A DNA stretch of 63,553 bases, filler included, from Stramenopiles sp. TOSAG23-3 (Eukaryota), in the NCBI GenBank assembly GCA_900128585.1. It is 10 parts of 10 records of this genome, joined end to end, with 100 filler letters (N's around TTAATTAATTAA, not from the genome) between each part and the next. Parts side by side here need not be neighbours in the genome. Positions count along the whole stretch, not along the records: positions 10,948 to 21,786 come from LT642781.1; positions 21,887 to 32,698 come from LT642783.1; 8 more parts are not named here. One strand, given 5' to 3'. The stretch's first letter is position 1. Each line of letters starts with the position of its first letter. The notes beneath the pieces are model-generated. The model saw only the letters and a list, made by a program, of their open reading frames with translations, made no database searches and was not told where the DNA came from. Position numbers and translations under genes: made by a program. Shown one piece after another: positions 20,876 to 30,959 of the stretch.

Positions 20876-21245
20876 CGTGAAGGTCCCGATGAAGGACGTC
20901 GCAAGCTCGGGTGCAGAGCCACCGGCGGCCATAAAGGTTGCCCCGGCAACGTCCGCGTCCAACTTTAAACGGTTGAAGGTCAGTTCTTCTAATGCAGGGA
21001 CAAAGAACTCGTCGCATATTATGGAAAGGCCCAAGAACATGTAGAGCAGCCCCAGGATGTGTAGGATGAGGGCACCATTGTCGCACTCCTCGGCAGTAAA
21101 TGGGTCGGGAGGGTATTCGGACTTGATTATTTCGTACGTCCCATCGGCCGCTTTTGAACACACGGCGCCGCACCGGTAATCGGTCTTGGGCGGGCACGTG
21201 GTTAAATTTTTGTCGCCGCCTGTAGCTGCCAGTTTGCGTTTCAAA
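20876..21245 (-). pseudogene. 5' fragment of an NCKX/SLC24-like exchanger (alpha-1 repeat)
   Basis: YPPDPF...[19 protein letters not shown]...[26 protein letters not shown]. Similarity stops at 20876, and no start codon or signal peptide is present. Confidence 0.88.
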
Positions 21246-21553
21246 TCGGCCAAGTTGTACAGGTATGCTGAATTACTTCGGAGGAGAATGTCCCTGTGCT
21301 GCAAGCAACACACTGGCGGTCCGACAAGGTGGTTCCATTTGCAGCGACCCTTTCGCCCGTATTGCAAGTGGTCCAATTTGTACAGGTATGCTGATTTACA
21401 TTGGAGGTGAATGTCCCTGTGTTACAAGCAACCTTTCGCCCGTATTGCAAGTGGTCCAATTTGTACAGGTGTGCTGATTTACTTCGGAGGAGAATGTTCC
21501 TGTGTTGCAAGCAACGCACTGACGGTCTGACGAGGTTGTTCCATTTAAAGCGA
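21246..21553 (-). pseudogene. Decayed TNFR-like/GCC2-GCC3-like Cys-rich repeat fragment (three partial copies of a 123-bp unit)
   Basis: [42 protein letters not shown]; one copy carries a frameshifting deletion of about 40 bp near 21431. Confidence 0.75.
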
Positions 21554-21786
21554 CAAGAAGTACTAATAAATAATACGAAAGTTGAAGTCGGAAAGAAAAA
21601 ATTGATTTTTTTTTCTTATTTATTATTTTTGTTGTGTGCTATTTTGCCTCTTGTTTTTGTTGAGCTTTGACCGAACATATGTTCCTATCTAATATTGCTT
21701 ATTTACGTACTTGTAAAATACTCTACACTACAATTGTAAGAAGAAAAACAAGATTTCGAGGTTGCTTTTATGTATGCCTAAGAGAT

Positions 21787-21886
21787 NNNNNNNNNNNNNN
21801 NNNNNNNNNNNNNNNNNNNNNNNNNNNNNNTTAATTAATTAANNNNNNNNNNNNNNNNNNNNNNNNNNNNNNNNNNNNNNNNNNNN
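21787..21886. other. Artificial contig spacer
   Basis: N44-TTAATTAATTAA-N44. Confidence 0.97.
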
Positions 21887-21887
21887 A

Positions 21888-24800
21888 CCCGTAGCGTCTG
21901 GCCCTCCCCGACCGCCGTCGCCCCCAGCGGCAATGGTATCTCAACTCACTGAAATGGGATTCGCTGAAGACGTTGTGAAACGTGCATTGGTTGCATCTGG
22001 CAACGATCCTAACCGTGCCGTTGAGTACTGTATGGACCCGGACTCGATGCCGTCCAACCCCCCACCCCCGATGCCACAAGGCGGGGGACTTTTTGGTAGA
22101 CTGTCCGGCTCAGCCCTCTTCGGGGGCTCTGCCGGCAGATTTGACATACCAGAAGAAACTGCAAGTGTGCCGAGGGCTCCTCGTGACCGCGCCTGGGAGC
22201 AACCTCCTTCGCGTTCGTCGGCTTCCTCTCTGCAAAGGGAATTGAGCAGAATGTTTGGGGGGCTAATGGGAGGGGAGACTTCGGACGAAGAAGGGGACGA
22301 AGACGGCGAAAATGCGGTTGAAGGTGGTGATTTGGTGCCCCCCCAAAATGAATTTATTGAAGCCTTAGCGCCTGGAATGATTGTCGATGGAAAGGATTCC
22401 TACGGAAAATGGTACGAAGCTACCGTGCTTGAAGTTTCGCAGGATGAGGATAACGGGAAACGTGCCTTCATACACTTTTTAGGATGGAGCGACAAATTCA
22501 ATGAGTGGATTGACCTTTCGTCGGGACGAGTACAACCAGCCCACTCGATGATCGAGCCATGGCGGGACGACTTGCTAGAACAAGGTGCAATGGTGGAATA
22601 CAGAGTGTCGAGGGAAAAGAGTGACGGTTCCTCCCAAGGTGGCCGGGAGTGGCACATTGTTAAGGTGATCAAAGTTGATAAGAACGAGGAGAAAATTAAG
22701 ATACGCTCCCTCATGCCCAATGACCGGGGTGCGACCGATTCTGTGTTGCGCGGGGAAGAATGGGTTTCAATCGACTCGGAACGTTTGTGCAAACAAGGGA
22801 CGCATATTATGGCGATCTCGACTACACCCGATAAGCTATTGAACGACCCTGGGGCCCTGGCAAGCTTGCTTCAAAACCCGCAATCCTTAAAGGGTGTCCT
22901 GGGAGCAATGACCCGCGCGGGCGGGGCATTCAACGCTCCTACCGGTGGCGACGGTATCTCTTCCCTTCAAAAGCAACTTAATTTTCTTGCGAAGAGAATT
23001 ATTCGAGGCGAGTCTATCACCGAGACATCTGAAACAGTTGAAGACCCCTCGCCGCTGCACTGGACATGCTTTAAATGTACGTTTGAAAAGAACCTTCCCT
23101 CTCATGAGCGCTGCCGTCTTTGCGGGGCGAAGAGCGTGTCAAAAAAGCGTGATTTGCTCAAAAACTTAGCCGTAGTTGTCAGGAACCAGACCTCGGGGGA
23201 ATGGATGGAGGCCGTTATTGCCAGTCGGAACGATAACGATGGCTCGATAGTCGTCTCGTTCACTTCTTCCGAAATGAAAGATTTGAGGATCGAGAGCGGG
23301 GCCATTTCCGACTTTGTGGAAGTGTCAAAATTGGCGGCGGCCGTAGATAATGTTAAAGATGACAAAAAAGGCGAGGATAGTGAACAGAGTGGAAGAAACA
23401 GAAGTTCGGTAGATCGACATCGCAATGCAGAAATCATACGTGTAACCGGCAATGGAATACTTCAGGACAATCGTCCACAGAATTCTTTTTTTTCAGCGAG
23501 AAGTGAGGCGACGGCCTTTGAGCGCTCGAAGGCCTCCGAACTGTTCATTTCGATGCCCACGGAGACGAGAAATGCAAAGGGTGGCAAAGAGTTTTGCACT
23601 ATTGGCCCCTTCGCGGTCCAAGTTTTTGTTGCCGAAAAGCATTTTTATGATGAGCTTTATGGCCCAATGTCGTCCAGAGAGACACACATTTCTCGTATTA
23701 GCTCGTGCGTCAAGAAGCAGGAGCATCTTTACAACCCACTGGCTTTAGTGGGGGAAAGGGTTGAATTCTACTGGGTTTTGGAGGAGCAGTGGTTCAAGGG
23801 CACAGTGCAAGGATTTGATGGCATCAATAAGCTGCACACTATCGTGTACGACGATGGTGAAGTGAAAACGTATGATCTCGGGAAAAAGAAATGGCGGGCG
23901 TTGCGAAAAGTCAGCTTGAACGATAGGGTTGAATTATGGGACTGCGACAGTGCGAAAGTCAGAGAAGGCTCGGTATTTAAAGTCAATGGAAACGGGGCTT
24001 CGTTCGACATCACACTAGATGATACGGGGGAAATGAAAGAAAACATCAACTGTGTTTCCATGCGCCTGATCCAGCAAGCATGTGGGGTGTGGAAAAAGGG
24101 CGATGAAGTCCAACTTCAATCGACAAACGAAGAGTTCTTTGTGGACGAAATACATTCCGCCGAAGGTGAGGCCATTGGTAAGGGAAACGTTTGTCTGAAA
24201 AAAACTGAAAGCGGGGAGGGGAGTAGCCCTGGAATTAATGTCGAGTCAAGTAAGGTGCGGTCCCCTCTGCTTGTCCAGGAGCCCTCTGGGCCTCATATTC
24301 TTCACAATAAATGCTCGGATGCGATCCAACAGATTTTTATGAACCTCTGCTCATCCTTCAATTCAAATGCAAGAGCCGTCGATAACCACGTAACTATGCA
24401 ATCTATCCAGGTCGACCATGTAGGCGAATTGAAGGAATATTCTGCGATATGTCGCTATGGCTTTGAGGGAAAGGGTGAAGGACTTGGCCCGTTGACGCTC
24501 GCTGGTTTTGAAGCGATGGCGCTTGAACTGGCAGAGAAGGATCCTGCCGTTGTCTGGTCTGATATCACACAGATTGCACGCTACCAGTACGACATGGATC
24601 CTCAAAAAGTAGCTGAGGGCTCAGAGGAAGACAAAGTAGAAGAAATTGTGGGGTTAGACCTGTGCGAATCCTCAAAAATTTCCCCAAGCAAGTCGTTGCT
24701 TGCCGCAATAAAGGAGTGGCACTCCTCCGCGTGTGTGCCCAATATGGGAGAGACTGGTGGGACGAAGGTTTACTCCATATTCTACAAACTTGCCAAAATT

Positions 24801-27092
24801 CCGGACCTGTTTTCTGACCTTGACAGTAAAAGCCTGTACGGGGAAGTTGAAGGGGGGCAAAATAGGAAGCCTGGTGCAGCGTTGCCAAGTAGCCACAAAC
24901 TTGCGTTGCTGAAGAGTTTGCGAGGCCTAGCCGCCGAATCCACCTACGTACTCGAGAATGAAAACTATTGGATTAACAAAAGCTTGACACGGCGCCTGTT
25001 AAATAATGTAAACGACACCATGTGCATGGTGAGCGACACGTTGCAAGCAAACCTTGGCGCCTTGTTATCCGCCGGATACGACAGTGGAGCGTTTCTCTTC
25101 CCATATGACTTAAGACGGTACTACTTCCAGGCAACGGCATTCGGTATACGCCGCGCGCTATACTACGTCCAGCAAGACGATAAAAAGAAACAATTCGGTG
25201 GGGCATCGCCGTCACCATCGAAACTATCTTCCAGCCGCATCAAGTTCAGGCTGTCAAAACTGTGCCGAGAACTAGTTACTTTGTCCCGATCGTCGGTTCT
25301 AGAACACTCGCAGCTGTTTTTCTCGCAGCACGCCCATCGAAAGGGGGCACTAGAGGTACGATTTCTGGGCGAAAAGGGCACTGGATCAGGGGTTACGCGA
25401 GAGTTTTACTCTACCCTGTCGTCTGCGTTTCAGCACCGAGCCGACTCCCAGTGCGGCGTTCGGGTAGACCCTAGCATATTCAGCGTTCTGCAGCCGTGCC
25501 CGTTTGTAGTATCCTCTGGTTACGGAGAGATCAATCCTTCGGGCAACATATCGAGCCAAGTGGCGGGATTTCCTTCGTTCGCGACCCGTGGGGTCATCTT
25601 GCGTAGTGGGAAATGGTACTACGAAGTAGAAGTGACGAAAGCTGGCCTGGCGCAGATTGGATGGGCCAGCTCGGATTACGAGGGGGGTAACTCTGACAAC
25701 GGTGATGGTGTAGGGGACGACAAAGACAGCTGGGCATTTGATGGGTCCCGCGTGCTGAAATGGAACGCCGGTGCACAAGCTAGCTTTGGGGAAGCGTGGA
25801 AGGTCGGTGACGTCGTAGGCTGTGCGCTCAATTTTGACAGCAGAGAAATATCTTTCAGCCTCAATGGCTCGTTTGAAAAGCCTATGGGCGTTGCCTTTAA
25901 ATTTGACGAAACGGTTGAAGGGATGTACCCAGCGGTTACAATAAACGCTTCTTTTTCGGGAAAAGTTTGCATTGGAGGCGGTCGCCATGGCGCTACGAAG
26001 TACGATGGCCCTCCGGGCTTCGTGCCTGTCTTTGCTTTCGTGAACACTTCTACTGCGGGTGAAGCGGGAGGCTCCGAAGTCCCAGAGAAAACGGTCGGAA
26101 AGACTCACCCAATGTGGGTTGACGATACGCGGCAGCAGGGAGACTACGTTATGAACAGTATTGGTCTGTTTCCTGCCCCACTGCCAACTGTCGAGAAGGC
26201 CGTAGTTGACGCGACGGTGGGTCGCTTTCAGTGCCTTGGGCAATTCGTCGCTCGGGCCCTTATGGAAGGTCAAATTTTACCGCTCCCGCTATCGATCGAA
26301 TTCTTCTCCCTCGTCTTAGGGACAAAATTGCCGCTTCAATTGCTCGGAAAGATATTTGCGGACATGCCCACCCGAGGCTCTCTCGTTCTGAAACTCTCCG
26401 AATTTTCGTCCCGGAGTGCTGCAGAAAGGGGCAGCGATGCTGGCAAGAAAGAATTTTCCGAGCTGACGGGTGGGGATGAGCTTTACATGGAAGACATGGT
26501 GACTGGCTGTCCCCTCTTCCAAGGCGGGGAGAACGTCCAAGTGACCATCGAAAATGTTGGGCTGTACGTAGAACACATGCACAAATTCCTTCTGGAAGAT
26601 GGCGTTCAAGTTCAAGTGGAAGCGTTCCGGAAGGGACTTACGGACGTCTCGGAACCCCTGCTCCAGAAGCTCACCATGTTCAAACCTGCGGAAATTCGCC
26701 ATCTAATTTGTGGGGATGATCGAATCGAGTGGACTGAGGAAGAACTTTTTGAAAGCCTTAACGCGGAACACGGGTACCGGCGCGACTGCGTCGAGCTGAA
26801 GAATTTAGTGTCCGTGCTTACGAGTTTTAGTCAAGACGAACGAAAGGCGTTTCTGAGCTTCTTGACGGGGTGCCCCCACCTTCCAAATGGTGGGATCAAG
26901 TACTTGGAGCCCCCGGTGTGCGTTATGAGAAAGAACCCAGACGACGAAGTTGCTTGCGTCGATGAGGCGCTGACGTCTAGCCGCACTTGTCGTAACCAGC
27001 TTCACTTGCCGCCGTACAGCACCGTGGGAGTGATGCGGCAGAAGTTGAAGCAGAGCATGGAGGGCTCCAAGGGTATCATTGACTTGGCTTAG
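21888..27092 (+). CDS. HECT E3 ubiquitin ligase (TRIP12/UPL3/Ufd4-like) with UBA, Tudor/MBT-like, RanBP2 zinc finger and SPRY domains; probably 5' truncated
   Basis: UBA QLTEMGF...RAL; GKWYEATVLEV...IHFLGWSDKFNEWI; WTCFKCTF...CRLCG; Tudor WFKGTV...HTIVYDDGE; HECT LEVRFLGEKGTGSGVTREFY, GLFPAPL and catalytic TCRNQLHLPPYS; SPRY GKWYYEV...QIGWA...GVGDD. The frame is open back to the gap. Confidence 0.93.
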   Translation, partial: PVASGPPRPPSPPAAMVSQLTEMGFAEDVVKRALVASGNDPNRAVEYCMDPDSMPSNPPPPMPQGGGLFGRLSGSALFGGSAGRFDIPEETASVPRAPRDRAWEQPPSRSSASSLQRELSRMFGGLMGGETSDEEGDEDGENAVEGGDLVPPQNEFIEALAPGMIVDGKDSYGKWYEATVLEVSQDEDNGKRAFIHFLGWSDKFNEWIDLSSGRVQPAHSMIEPWRDDLLEQGAMVEYRVSREKSDGSSQGGREWHIVKVIKVDKNEEKIKIRSLMPNDRGATDSVLRGEEWVSIDSERLCKQGTHIMAISTTPDKLLNDPGALASLLQNPQSLKGVLGAMTRAGGAFNAPTGGDGISSLQKQLNFLAKRIIRGESITETSETVEDPSPLHWTCFKCTFEKNLPSHERCRLCGAKSVSKKRDLLKNLAVVVRNQTSGEWMEAVIASRNDNDGSIVVSFTSSEMKDLRIESGAISDFVEVSKLAAAVDNVKDDKKGEDSEQSGRNRSSVDRHRNAEIIRVTGNGILQDNRPQNSFFSARSEATAFERSKASELFISMPTETRNAKGGKEFCTIGPFAVQVFVAEKHFYDELYGPMSSRETHISRISSCVKKQEHLYNPLALVGERVEFYWVLEEQWFKGTVQGFDGINKLHTIVYDDGEVKTYDLGKKKWRALRKVSLNDRVELWDCDSAKVREGSVFKVNGNGASFDITLDDTGEMKENINCVSMRLIQQACGVWKKGDEVQLQSTNEEFFVDEIHSAEGEAIGKGNVCLKKTESGEGSSPGINVESSKVRSPLLVQEPSGPHILHNKCSDAIQQIFMNLCSSFNSNARAVDNHVTMQSIQVDHVGELKEYSAICRYGFEGKGEGLGPLTLAGFEAMALELAEKDPAVVWSDITQIARYQYDMDPQKVAEGSEEDKVEEIVGLDLCESSKISPSKSLLAAIKEWHSSACVPNMGETGGTKVYSIFYKLAKIPDLFSDLDSKSLYGEVEGGQNRKPGAALPSSHKLALLKSLRGLAAESTYVLENENYWINKSLTRRLLNNVNDTMCMVSDTLQANLGALLSAGYDSGAFLFPYDLRRYYFQATAFGIRRALYYVQQDDKKKQFGGASPSPSKLSSSRIKFRLSKLCRELVTLSRSSVLEHSQLFFSQHAHRKGALEVRFLGEKGTGSGVTREFYSTLSSAFQHRADSQCGVRVDPSIFSVLQPCPFVVSSGYGEINPSGNISSQVAGFPSFATRGVILRSGKWYYEVEVTKAGLAQIGWASSDYEGGNSDNGDGVGDDKDSWAFDGSRVLKWNAGAQASFGEAWKVGDVVGCALNFDSREISFSLNGSFEKPMGVAFKFDETVEGMYPAVTINASFSGKVCIGGGRHGATKYDGPPGFVPVFAFVNTSTAGEAGGSEVPEKTVGKTHPMWVDDTRQQGDYVMNSIGLFPAPLPTVEKAVVDATVGRFQCLGQFVARALMEGQILPLPLSIEFFSLVLGTKLPLQLLGKIFADMPTRGSLVLKLSEFSSRSAAERGSDAGKKEFSELTGGDELYMEDMVTGCPLFQGGENVQVTIENVGLYVEHMHKFLLEDGVQVQVEAFRKGLTDVSEPLLQKLTMFKPAEIRHLICGDDRIEWTEEELFESLNAEHGYRRDCVELKNLVSVLTSFSQDERKAFLSFLTGCPHLPNGGIKYLEPPVCVMRKNPDDEVACVDEALTSSRTCRNQLHLPPYSTVGVMRQKLKQSMEGSKGIIDLA

Positions 27093-27214
27093 TTCTTCGT
27101 GTGTGTAACGTAACATATAAAAAAATTAATACAAGAACTAATGAATATAGGTTATACCTTATAAAATTACACTTCGTATATTTTAGAATAATGATATAAA
27201 ACGTAAATATTTCA

Positions 27215-27781
27215 TTAAGGCCTAAACGGGTATTGCTTTCTGTACAATAGAGGACTCAGTTTCTTCTGCTGCACAGCAGTTTTCCTCCGAATGGTTCCTG
27301 CAGATTTGCTACGCCTCGTTGGGGTGTGGGCTATGGTTCTACGCAAGGGTTGCAACACCGTGCTTGCACTATACGACCGCTGCATTCTTTTCGCTTTCAA
27401 CAAGCGCAGGTCTTGCTTCATTTTGTTGATATTATTTGGACACATGGAAGTGGGGGCAACTATCGCCGGTGGTTTACTGATGGGAACTATGTCTGGGAGC
27501 GTTGCGGCAGAAACGGTTTGCGGCATGCTCTTCCGTGTTTCCGGGCCTTTCGTTCGTTTCAACACGTTCGCATCGTGCTGGGTATCAAACGTCCACGGGA
27601 AAGTCCTTGCTATTTTTGGCTTTGCCCATTTGCTTCTTCTGTCAACCGTTTTAATTGATTTTGAGGGCTGAATTTCCACCAACCATGGCAGCTCGTCAAG
27701 AAAGGTATTCCCCTCTTCTACGTCGCAGTCTTGGTTCCATGGAGAAGCCAACAGCGTTGATGCCACGAAAAGTATCGACAT
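27215..27781 (-). CDS. Hypothetical basic protein (188 aa)
   Basis: ATG-started ORF that fills a GC-richer island between AT-rich flanks; no motif recognised. Confidence 0.65.
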   Translation of the reverse strand: MSILFVASTLLASPWNQDCDVEEGNTFLDELPWLVEIQPSKSIKTVDRRSKWAKPKIARTFPWTFDTQHDANVLKRTKGPETRKSMPQTVSAATLPDIVPISKPPAIVAPTSMCPNNINKMKQDLRLLKAKRMQRSYSASTVLQPLRRTIAHTPTRRSKSAGTIRRKTAVQQKKLSPLLYRKQYPFRP

Positions 27782-28442
27782 GTCGTTGCTTCAGGAGGTA
27801 AGTTCTTGTGCGTATATAAAACAGTAAGAAAGAGAAGAGAAGCAAGGAAACAAAATATGATATAAATATATATATATGTATATATGAAATTGGAAATTAA
27901 AAAGTAGGAACATCGATCACCGTTCTTGAAAACAATTTATTAGCATAGTCTCTCCTTGAAACAGTTCACGTACTAACCAGAACGTACTATTTCGAGTACA
28001 TTACTAGTAGAGCAGTAACTAATTTTTTTTTAAAATAAAATGCGCGAAGAAGAAGAAGAGAAGAAGAAGAAAAGAAGAAAAAAACAAACATAAATACAAC
28101 AGGGTAATACGCAGTGAACTAAAATCAAGGAATGTTCCAAGAAAAGAAAAAAAACAATTCAAATTCCATACTACATACCTGTATAATTAGTCTCCTGCCG
28201 CCAATAGCCGGTAGCCGGTAACTGGACAGGTATATACCCTAATATAAACTCTAATTTATTTCGCAAAAAAAAACAAAAAACACAACAACAAAGAAGGGTT
28301 GTTGTGTTGTTGTTCGATAATAAATTATTACGTATAAGTAGTAGGAGGTATTATTTAGTCTATTTATACTACCCGTACTCCTCGTAGGTATTGGCATTTC
28401 GTACGGTACACAGGTATTTAATACCCGTACCTGTACCTGTAC

Positions 28443-28465
28443 AGAAAGAAGAAGAAGAGAGAGTA

Positions 28466-28496
<31 letters not shown>

Positions 28497-28595
28497 AAGA
28501 AGAAGAAAAAAGAAGAAGAAGAAGAAAAAAGGAGAAAAGAAGAAGAAAGGAGAAGAAGAAAGAAGAAAAGAGAAAAAAAAAGAAAAAAAAAAGAA
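28443..28595. repeat. (GAA)n purine tract
   Basis: Read directly; a shorter tract lies at about 28046-28085. Confidence 0.93.
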
Positions 28596-28793
28596 GTTTT
28601 CAATTTTTTCTCGCGACGCAACAAAAACAGAAAAATTTTCAAGATTTTCACTTTGAATTATAAACGAATGAATGGTGGAAATTGGATGTATTCTTTTTGG
28701 AAAGGCAGTCGTTTTCTTTTCTTTCGTTAGTACAAAGACATCCTGCAAGTGACGAAACGTGTTTTGGGGGTGTTGTGAATAAATATCGGTAGA

Positions 28794-30959
28794 ATGGAAG
28801 CTTCCAAACAAAACAGCGCGCAGGCAGGTGGTTGTAGTCCTGACGGGAGGACTGTATGTGTTGGCCGGTGCGGGCTTGTGAAAGGTTGCGTCGATTTGGT
28901 GTCTCAATCGAAACCAAGCATGAGGTCAAAAACTAACTTGAGAAAAGGTTCCAAGGGCCCTTTCAAAGAAATCGGAAGGTTTGGGGTCGGGCGGTACGTA
29001 GGCCGGCCACGCTCTTGGAACGTTTTGAAAAGTTGCATTTGTTGCGACCCGTTTCGTGTCATGGCGTGGACAAGCGGGGAACGCACCCTCTGTTTGTCCA
29101 GCTTGCCTGCGGATGGCTTGGCAGTGACGGGCGATGCCCCTTCCGTGAAAGTGCAAGTCGCCATGCCGCACATTGAGCATTTTTCGTGGCTGAATGCAGG
29201 CGCTGGGAAAGCGAAGGAAGCGAGCGGAGGGTGCAGCCCCGGCGGCGAAAACGTGTGCGTCGGGCGGTGCGGCACAGTCCGCGGGTGCGTCGCTGCGGAG
29301 GAATCGTCCGAAGAGCCGGCCAGCTCGCAGTTTTTGGCCATAGCCGGTCTTACAAGCCTGGAAATCTGGCGCGTTTCGTTTGAAAAAGTGGCCGATGGTC
29401 AGCATAGCATCGGGGCCTCCGAGCGCGTTTTTGAAATGAAGGAAGGGTTGGCAGGGGACATTGGACGGATCTGCGGGGTGAACTGGGGGCGACGACACGG
29501 CGACCCGGTCCTTGCCCTGTTCGTAAGCGGGGAAGGTTCGTGCGCCTGCCTTACGTTTTCGGACCCCGGCTCGTTCTCCAAGCTCAACGTCCAGCTCGTC
29601 AACGGCCCGGTCAAGATGTCCCGGACCCACCACTGCTGGAACCAGACGAACGAACGCAGCTACGTGGCGATGACGGCGTCGGGGGAAGTCCGCGTGCAGG
29701 AGATGAACCTTGCCGGGGGGCATGGTGGCGCCGCCCGTTCGGGGGGGTCGCCGGCAAACACGTGCCTCTGCGCGGACCTGGACGAGAACGAGTCGAACAT
29801 ACTGCATAATCTGTCTGATATCCAAAGCTTGAACGTGCAGGGCGAGGGGTACGACGGACCCTTGCTCTTTTTTGGCCACGGCGACTCGTTCTTGTCGCTG
29901 GCCTCGACGGACCAAGACATGCAGGGTTTGGTGGACTCGAACAACAAGCGCCGCACGTCGCTGAACCAGATCTATCGTGACATAGAGCAGATAGCCAAAA
30001 AGAAAGATGCGGCGAAGAAGCAGGCGGAGGCGGGCGGCGCAGCGGGAGAGGGGGCAAAGGCCGAACCCATCGTGCTCGGGGGTGGAAGCTCGGGGGTCAT
30101 CGACCTGACGGCAAACCTGCGCAGCGCCCCGAAGACGAAGAAAATGGGAACCCTGGATTCGTTGATGAACCTTGGGCATATGAACCGCGGGCCTTCGTCG
30201 TTTGCCATCGTTTCCTCGTCCTCTGCCGCTGGGCACCCGGCGTCGCCCGGTGGGAACGCTTCCGCCAAATTCCAACCGTCGCTCCTGTTCTTCAAGTACG
30301 ACCGTAGCGTCGGGGAAAGCGCGAAGCGCAAGATTCAAGTGGTGGGCCAGATGAGTACCACCCGACCGACGGACCTCGTGGCGTCCGTCTCCCTCCCTCG
30401 CGACGAAAACCTTGTGGCCGTAGCGAACAATGCCTCCCAAAGCATTCAAATCCTGCGGGTTTCGTACGACAAAGGCGACAAGAGGATGGTGTACAAGACC
30501 GTCCAAGAGATCGTCCTGGACGAGCAGGGGAAGCGCCTGGCCGGCATGACGTTCGTGCGCGACCCGGCGCGATCAGGCGCCAGCTCCCGTCCTTCGCTGA
30601 ACATCCTGCTGGCCGGTCGAAAGGCCCAAGCGACGTTTTTCTCGGCGGAGAAGTCAACGTTTCAGTACACGATGCTCTCGTTCAAGATGGAGCCCGCGCG
30701 AGTCGAACAGCCGGCGTCACCGAGCAGTGCGCGGCCAAGTTTGCCCAGCAACACGGCGCGACGGTCTGTGGACAATCCGCCGAAGGCAAGACCAGCACCC
30801 GGGCTGTCGGGGAACGCGGGTGCGCTGATGGCCGCCTTGCTCAACATGCAGGCCCACCTGGACGCGCGCATGGACCGCATCGATGGAATGCTGTTGCAAC
30901 ACTCTGCGCGCCTGAGCCGAATCGAAAACTCTTTAAAAGGTTCGCCGGGGAGGTACTGA
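28794..30959 (+). CDS. WDCP: WD-repeat and coiled-coil protein, WDCP (C2orf44)-like
   Basis: Motifs recalled from WDCP occur in order: NVLKS...MAWTSGE (cf. NALHQ...LAWTDGN), IDLT, PTDLVA...LVAVANN (cf. PDLIA...VVAVASN), VQEIVL...LAGMTF, and a C-terminal coiled coil. Compared from memory, not by search. Confidence 0.68.
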   Translation: MEASKQNSAQAGGCSPDGRTVCVGRCGLVKGCVDLVSQSKPSMRSKTNLRKGSKGPFKEIGRFGVGRYVGRPRSWNVLKSCICCDPFRVMAWTSGERTLCLSSLPADGLAVTGDAPSVKVQVAMPHIEHFSWLNAGAGKAKEASGGCSPGGENVCVGRCGTVRGCVAAEESSEEPASSQFLAIAGLTSLEIWRVSFEKVADGQHSIGASERVFEMKEGLAGDIGRICGVNWGRRHGDPVLALFVSGEGSCACLTFSDPGSFSKLNVQLVNGPVKMSRTHHCWNQTNERSYVAMTASGEVRVQEMNLAGGHGGAARSGGSPANTCLCADLDENESNILHNLSDIQSLNVQGEGYDGPLLFFGHGDSFLSLASTDQDMQGLVDSNNKRRTSLNQIYRDIEQIAKKKDAAKKQAEAGGAAGEGAKAEPIVLGGGSSGVIDLTANLRSAPKTKKMGTLDSLMNLGHMNRGPSSFAIVSSSSAAGHPASPGGNASAKFQPSLLFFKYDRSVGESAKRKIQVVGQMSTTRPTDLVASVSLPRDENLVAVANNASQSIQILRVSYDKGDKRMVYKTVQEIVLDEQGKRLAGMTFVRDPARSGASSRPSLNILLAGRKAQATFFSAEKSTFQYTMLSFKMEPARVEQPASPSSARPSLPSNTARRSVDNPPKARPAPGLSGNAGALMAALLNMQAHLDARMDRIDGMLLQHSARLSRIENSLKGSPGRY

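Noticed and set aside
21246-21553. Repeats with variable interiors as a possible CRISPR-like array (also 41513-41912 and 13875-14032)
   Set aside because: The units are codon-multiple protein repeats with no unique spacers, no cas genes are present, and the context is eukaryotic.
28926-30506. 526-aa antisense ORF (also 25386..26273, 41353..42273 and 58493..59215)
   Set aside because: Shadow frames of GC-rich or biased real genes; no recognisable motifs and unnatural composition.
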